Positions 26,949-32,000 of a stretch of 32,000 nt of DNA are shown here, in pieces (the first letter of the stretch is position 1; each line of letters starts with the position of its first letter). Source of the stretch: Trichodesmium erythraeum IMS101 (GTDB lineage Bacteria > Cyanobacteriota > Cyanobacteriia > Cyanobacteriales > Microcoleaceae); the NCBI RefSeq assembly GCF_000014265.1, contig NC_008312.1:1080001-1112000 (forward strand). The letters run 5' to 3'. The notes under the pieces are model-generated. The model saw only the letters and a list, made by a program, of their open reading frames with translations. It was not told where the DNA came from and searched no databases. Position numbers and translations under genes: made by a program.

Positions 26949-27524
26949 GTCCCCTTGTCAAGCAATCAAAAAAGCCTTCAAGATATTGTTCTAGCTATCC
27001 TTTACTTTGCTATATCTAAATAAAAAAGATAAATTTTTGTAACGAAACTAAACATTTCCATACATAAACTAATTAATATATTAAATGTTATGTCTTAATT
27101 TATATGTTTTCTTTCGGAAAACATAGGGACAAACTAATCTTGTATAGCAATCCTATCAGCAAGAGTGAAAGATTGAAGCTGTTTTAGGGTAGGTGCCATA
27201 AGGCACTAATACTGAAGGAACTAAAGTTATAACTATTTTTTAACAAGTCTAGTAACTTTACATAAGATTTAGGATTGCTACAGACATTTCAAGGACATCC
27301 GAAAATGGTGAAAAAATAGAGTGAAGTTAAACTTCAAGGATATAAAAACACGCCCATTCATATATATGTAAATGTTACTGTAACTTACAATACTAATGCT
27401 TAAATTAGTTGAAACTAACGTCGAAAAAAAGTAGTATAATTTGCATTAAAGAGAAAATAATATTAACCTAAAGTTAGGTTCTAATAACATTAAGATAACC
27501 ATTTAGCTTGGGAACAGAAAAGTA

Positions 27525-27776
27525 ATGTTAACTGACACTCTCACAATTCGTCACTATCAAAAACTAACCGACGCCCTCGTCGAAATGTGGAACCGTGGTT
27601 ATCGCTATGAGGAAATGCGTATATATTTAGATGGCTACCTGGCATCTTTAAGAATCTCTAAAGCGATCGAACCATTTTTAATCAACAGATTGGAGGAAGA
27701 AACGACTCGCTACATGTATGACCCTTCAAATTTTGAAATACAATTACAAACTCAACCAGAATTAGATTTGTATTAA
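27525..27776 (+). CDS. Conserved cyanobacterial hypothetical protein (83 aa)
   Basis: An ORF with coding-like composition. IRHYQKLTDALVEMWNRGYRYEEMRIYLDGYLASLR...RLEEETTRYMYDPSNFE resembles a small protein family widespread in cyanobacteria. This is from memory, so no family number is asserted. Confidence 0.7.
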   Translation: MLTDTLTIRHYQKLTDALVEMWNRGYRYEEMRIYLDGYLASLRISKAIEPFLINRLEEETTRYMYDPSNFEIQLQTQPELDLY

Positions 27777-28057
27777 ATTCTTAAGTCTAAGTAGGGTTTG
27801 CTGAAAAAATTTTTATAGGCGAGATTTGTTGTACGGAATTAGAAATAAGGAGGTACGGATAAATGACAATTACACAGGAGGTAGCAGTAAAAATTGTCCC
27901 CTGATTTTCGACCTAGGTATGCCTACTCGTCTGATCTATCCATAAACTTGATCCACCGAACTTCTGCTACTTTGAGAAATTCAACGTGTGGTTAAAGCAT
28001 AATTTGCCTTAAGAATTAATCAGCCAGTCTTAAGTAAGTTTAATAGAGATAAAAAAA

Positions 28058-28089
28058 TGAAGGGTACTTTATTATACCTTTCATTTTTT
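28058..28089. terminator. Strong bidirectional Rho-independent terminator
   Basis: The stem is TGAAGGGTA/TACCTTTCA (9 bp including one G-T pair) with an 8-nt loop. It is flanked by AAAAAAA upstream and TTTTTT downstream. Confidence 0.65.
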
Positions 28090-28731
28090 ATCAATTTAGA
28101 TCCTTAACATTCAATACCATGAGTGCTAAGAGTCGTTAACAATGGACAGCAAGATTAACCGGGTTCGGGGGAATCTCCCAATATCTACAAGAAAACCTGT
28201 AGATCCTTTTAAGCACTAGCTTTGCCTTGGATTTGCGGGGCTAATAGAGGTTTCAATTACTTAAGCATAGGCCAATGGTTGCTTATCAGGAATTCGGTTA
28301 TGCCGTAGCCTAACTTTAACACCACAAGCTACTATATTTGTGGGGTTTTACCATTACCTATATAACTTGATAAGAGCTATCTCAATCTATATAAACTAAT
28401 GGTTAATAAATATTAGTAAATCAACAATAGTTAATTAACCCCCTGGGCTGTTAGGTGCCAAGAAACAAACTAAACAAAGGGGAAGGTTTGATTTACGTTT
28501 CACAGGTTACTACAACCAACCCTAACAAACTTAATCAAGGTCCCCTCGGTTGGAGGGGAGCAAGACGAGTTAATTAAGGTTGCCTGATGGGTCAGTTTTT
28601 TGTCTCAGAATATCTGTCCGCGACTAATCAATTAACATACATAACATAATGTATTCAAAAAAGAACAACTAAGAAGCCACCTCCTTAGGGGCGAGATTTT
28701 AAACTCTATTTTTCGGTAAATGTTGAGATTT

Positions 28732-29067
28732 CTAGGAAGCTGAAGCAACTGCTAGTTTTTGCTCTAGCTCTTCTTTTTTATTGTTGTACATTTCAATCAT
28801 CACATCAGAACCTCCCAAGAATTCTCCGTCGACGTAAACCTGAGGAATTGTAGGCCAATTAGAATACTCCTTGATCCCTGTACGAATATCTTGATTTTCT
28901 AATACATCACAAGTTTCATAGGTCACTCCTAAAATATTCAATATTTGAACTACATTATTAGAGAAACCACATTGAGGCATCAACTTATTACCTTTCATAA
29001 AAACCATAATTTTGTTTTTAGTAACTAAGTCATCAATTTTTGCTTTTAATTCTGGTGTGAGAGTCAT
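28732..29067 (-). CDS. grxD: Monothiol (CGFS) glutaredoxin, Grx4 family
   Basis: VFMKGNKLMPQCGFSNNVVQIL...WPTIPQVYVDGEFLGGSDV carries the CGFS active site and the typical Grx4 fold motifs. Confidence 0.95.
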   Translation of the reverse strand: MTLTPELKAKIDDLVTKNKIMVFMKGNKLMPQCGFSNNVVQILNILGVTYETCDVLENQDIRTGIKEYSNWPTIPQVYVDGEFLGGSDVMIEMYNNKKEELEQKLAVASAS

Positions 29068-29389
29068 ATTTCTTTCCTCAAATAGATGATCATGGAAGCC
29101 ATCGGCATTTACTATTTAGCTAGCCCTAATTTATAGTTGATATGCTTAAGTGATAGGCGATCGCTTTTTAACTAGAACTTACGCACCAAAACAGGTTGAT
29201 CAAAGAAATTTCATAGTTTAAAAAAAAATAATCAGGATAATAAACCCGGTTTTTTGTTTAAGTACGTAAGTCCTATTAATTATAGAAAATATTAATTTGC
29301 CTGATGTTTAATAGCAAATTATAAGAATTAATTAATTATGGCTAATGTAGCCAAATAATCCTGTCTACCTTGTAACCCAAAAGCAAAAA

Positions 29390-29647
29390 TTAAGCAGTTT
29401 GTCCTGCGGTTTTCCACTCTTCGGGAGTATAGGTTTTTAAAGCTAAAGCATGGATAGCTTCAGAAGCCATTGGTTCTTTTACAGCGGCATAAACCATTTG
29501 ATGTTGTTTTACCAGAGTTTTCCCTTCAAACTCAGAGGAAACAACAATAGCCTGTAAATGGTCGCCACCCCCTGTTAAATCTTGGACTTCTACCTGAGCA
29601 TCTGGCAACTTAGCTTTAATCATTGACTCAACTTGCTCTAAATTCAT
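29390..29647 (-). CDS. bolA: BolA-family protein
   Basis: An 85-aa ORF: ..[38 protein letters not shown]...[14 protein letters not shown]. It has the BolA signature, including the conserved His. Confidence 0.9.
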   Translation of the reverse strand: MNLEQVESMIKAKLPDAQVEVQDLTGGGDHLQAIVVSSEFEGKTLVKQHQMVYAAVKEPMASEAIHALALKTYTPEEWKTAGQTA

Positions 29648-29683
29648 AATTTTTCCCCTAAGAAAGTACTGCTATTCTACATT

Positions 29684-30385
29684 TTAATTAAGAGACTGAG
29701 ATGATGTTGGAGGTTGACCATCTCCAGAAGTTCTAGGATAAGGAATATCCACAAACCCTAGCTCTAGTAACTGCTGGTAAGCTTTTTTTCCCAAATCACG
29801 AGTCGGTTGCTGAGAGCTAATAATTTGAACCAGTAATGGTACTGCTAGTTCAGGTTGATTTTGGGCCCTGTGGACAAGGGCCAACTGATAAGTAGCTTGG
29901 TCTCTCATTTGGGCAGTTTCCAGAGCTTTAGTACGTTGGCCATCTGCTAAACGATTGTCAATACCAGAAAAACTAGCAGCTAATTGACTATGGAAATTAG
30001 AAAGTTGATTAAATATTTGACGAGCTTCTTGTAGTTTTTGGTTAGCTAAATCATAATTCTCGGAAGTAATAGCATTGTCAGCTTCCTTCATTAAACTTTG
30101 GCCTCCCTGGAGACTGAGAAGACTATTCTGTGGATCTAAAGGACGAGCATTTTCGGGTTGGGTAGGTTGTATTGGTTGAACTGGAATAGGAGATGATTTT
30201 TCTGGGTTTAGTTCAAGTTGGGTAAGTTGTATTGGTTGAACTGGAACAGGAGAAAATTTTTCTGAGTTTACACTTTCTGATGATTGAGCATTAAGTGGTT
30301 TTTGTAAAAGTGTGAAAGCTGCCACAATTGGAAGAGTAAAACCCAAGGTGAAGTAAATAAAACGAATATACTTATTAAATAGCAT
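29684..30385 (-). CDS. Hypothetical membrane-anchored/secreted protein with a Pro/Gln-rich tandem repeat and a TPR-like C-terminal part
   Basis: A 233-aa ORF with an N-terminal hydrophobic anchor IYFTLGFTLPIVAAFTLL. A duplicated 20-aa segment (EKFSPVPVQPIQLTQLEL / EKSSPIPVQPIQPTQPEN) is followed by a helical region. Confidence 0.7.
   Translation of the reverse strand: MLFNKYIRFIYFTLGFTLPIVAAFTLLQKPLNAQSSESVNSEKFSPVPVQPIQLTQLELNPEKSSPIPVQPIQPTQPENARPLDPQNSLLSLQGGQSLMKEADNAITSENYDLANQKLQEARQIFNQLSNFHSQLAASFSGIDNRLADGQRTKALETAQMRDQATYQLALVHRAQNQPELAVPLLVQIISSQQPTRDLGKKAYQQLLELGFVDIPYPRTSGDGQPPTSSQSLN
30157..30270. repeat. 60-bp in-frame tandem duplication inside the 29684..30385 CDS
   Basis: GTTGGGTAGGTTGTATTGGTTGAACTGGAATAGGAGATGATTTTTCTGGGTTTA (from 30157) matches GTTGGGTAAGTTGTATTGGTTGAACTGGAACAGGAGAAAATTTTTCTGAGTTTA (from 30217). 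Confidence 0.9.
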
Positions 30386-30562
30386 GATTATGTTAGTTGA
30401 TTTATATAAATAAAAAACTATTTTTCACATATATTATCACTATTTTTAACGGTTACTGAAGCGCGGGTATAATTTTCGTGCTTAGGAATTAGGAAGTAGT
30501 TATAATTTATGTCTAGATTATGTAACAGCTATTTGAAAAATATATATTCTATAGTCTATAAG

Positions 30563-31246
30563 TTATGTTGATAAAAACGATGGTAGTTGCCACAAATGGG
30601 GTTGAAATTCTGTGAGGGAATTGAGAATTTGATGAGCAGAATGAAATAAGTTTTTATCCATGTCAGGATCGGGAACAACAACTACAGACATTCTAGCGGC
30701 TAAAGCAGCTTCCATACCTGCTAAAGAATCTTCAAATACTAAACATTTTTCTGGAGAAACTTCTAATTTTTGAGCGGCTATTAAGAATATATCTGGGGCT
30801 GGTTTTCCATGTTGGATATTGGGGTCATCTCCTACAACAATATAATCAAATAATTGGAACCATTCTTGATGATTTTTTGTTTTTAAATTAAATGGTTCAC
30901 GGTAAGAACTGGTGGCTACAGCTTGAGGAATTTTATTTTGAGATAAATGTTGAGTAAGGCTAATTGCACCTGGCATTGGTTTGGCTTGAGGAAAGCGTTT
31001 ATATGTGAGAAGATTTCTTTGCTGAAGATAATTTTCAGGAGTGATAGGTAGTTCTAATAGTTCTACAATTTTTCTGGCAGAATCAATAGATTTTCTGCCG
31101 GTAATTTTACATTTAATATGTTTGTCAAAAGTTTTGCCATAACGGCTTGTTACTTCTTGGTTTACTTGAGCATGAATTGATTCTGTATCTAGAAGTAAAC
31201 CGTCTAAGTCGTAGATAATATGGGTTATTTTTGGGAAATCATTCAT
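30563..31246 (-). CDS. HAD-superfamily hydrolase (subfamily IA, beta-phosphoglucomutase/phosphatase-like)
   Basis: Motif I is IYDLDGLLLDTE, motif II VATSS, and motif III/IV GKPAPDIF...VFEDSLAGMEAALAARM. Confidence 0.9.
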   Translation of the reverse strand: MNDFPKITHIIYDLDGLLLDTESIHAQVNQEVTSRYGKTFDKHIKCKITGRKSIDSARKIVELLELPITPENYLQQRNLLTYKRFPQAKPMPGAISLTQHLSQNKIPQAVATSSYREPFNLKTKNHQEWFQLFDYIVVGDDPNIQHGKPAPDIFLIAAQKLEVSPEKCLVFEDSLAGMEAALAARMSVVVVPDPDMDKNLFHSAHQILNSLTEFQPHLWQLPSFLST

Positions 31247-32000
31247 ATGAATTTTTTGTCCTAAAAATTGATGGGTTAAAACAACTCAAATTGATACTAT
31301 CAGGACTTACGTATCCAAACAAGAAACTGAGTTTATTGCCTTGATTATTTTTTTGCCCCAGATGGGTATAAGTCATTTGTCAAATCACATGAAGTCTAAA
31401 AAAATAGCTCTAACTCCTATTCTTTCTAACTCCTGCCTTCTAGTCGCCCATTTTTTTCTCTGTTCAGATAGGATTACTATATTCAGTTAATAAAACTTAG
31501 CATTTTGAGATAAAATATTGTACTTTTTTGAGACTTCACAAGAAGTTCATAGGAATTACTCAATAGTACTAATTGTAGTGGTCATGTCTAAAATAATGAC
31601 ACATTATGAACGATATAAAGTTGTTAGGGAATCAAAAGAAAAAATTCTCAAAATATTCAGGGTAAGCTTTTCAAGGTTTTAGGGTGTTGAAAAAAATAGA
31701 ATCTTTAACTAATAAGGATTTTAGTCTTTTTTTCCTGAATTCCCAAAAAGTCTGATGTATGAATTAGGTTTAGCAATTTTTTTTTCGTACAGCTTGCTTG
31801 TTTGCTTACTATCTGACTGGTACTTGATTTTTATGCAAGTCCCTAAATACCTGGGCAAAATTATTTTTTCTAAGGATGAGCAGGGAGTAAGGATCACTCT
31901 GTCAGAAAGAGTAGAGAATTTGCATTCTCAAATTTGGCGATCGCCGAGCTGTTAACAAATTAGAATTTTCAGTTTCTCTTAAAATAGCTTTAAGAATTCA

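Noticed and set aside
28158-28182. tRNA-like T-arm impression (CCGGGTTCGGGGGAATCTCCC)
   Set aside because: No acceptor stem, D-arm or anticodon arm can be built around it, and it does not match the GGTTCGAATCC consensus.
31755-31955. A 66-aa ORF near the window end
   Set aside because: It has a hydrophobic, low-complexity start, no RBS, no recognisable motif, and lies in AT-rich DNA. There is insufficient support to call a gene.

Overview
The window is a visibly AT-rich chromosomal segment from a filamentous (Nostocales-type) cyanobacterium. That placement is an inference from 12 HIP1 octamers (GCGATCGC), AcnB, a DUF1830 protein, a phytol-kinase-like protein, a CGFS-glutaredoxin/BolA pair, and FG-GAP/Calx-beta exoprotein architecture.

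Content falls into three groups:
- Signalling genes: two tandem dCache-HAMP-histidine kinase-receiver-class III cyclase genes (the first cut by the window edge), a PAS-GGDEF-EAL protein, and an atypical OmpR-type regulator.
- Housekeeping genes: acnB, grxD, bolA, a HAD hydrolase, an ABC ATPase and a phytol-kinase-like gene.
- At least four or five gene wrecks: a decayed TnpB of an IS200/IS605-type element, a B12-binding radical SAM gene with several frameshifts and three nonsense codons, IS630-type transposase fragments carrying a 109-bp internal tandem duplication, and smaller fragments.

I found no rRNA or tRNA gene, no CRISPR array, and no coherent multi-gene defence or biosynthetic system.

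The most notable observations are:
- A ~1.23 kb, ~99 % identical receiver-cyclase module shared by the two otherwise diverged kinase genes, which looks like gene conversion.
- An OmpR-family regulator whose phospho-acceptor Asp is replaced by Glu.
- The density of pseudogenes, which suggests genome erosion.
- Several unexplained non-coding repeats and motifs in unusually long intergenic regions.

All domain calls come from motif recognition by eye. No database search was run.
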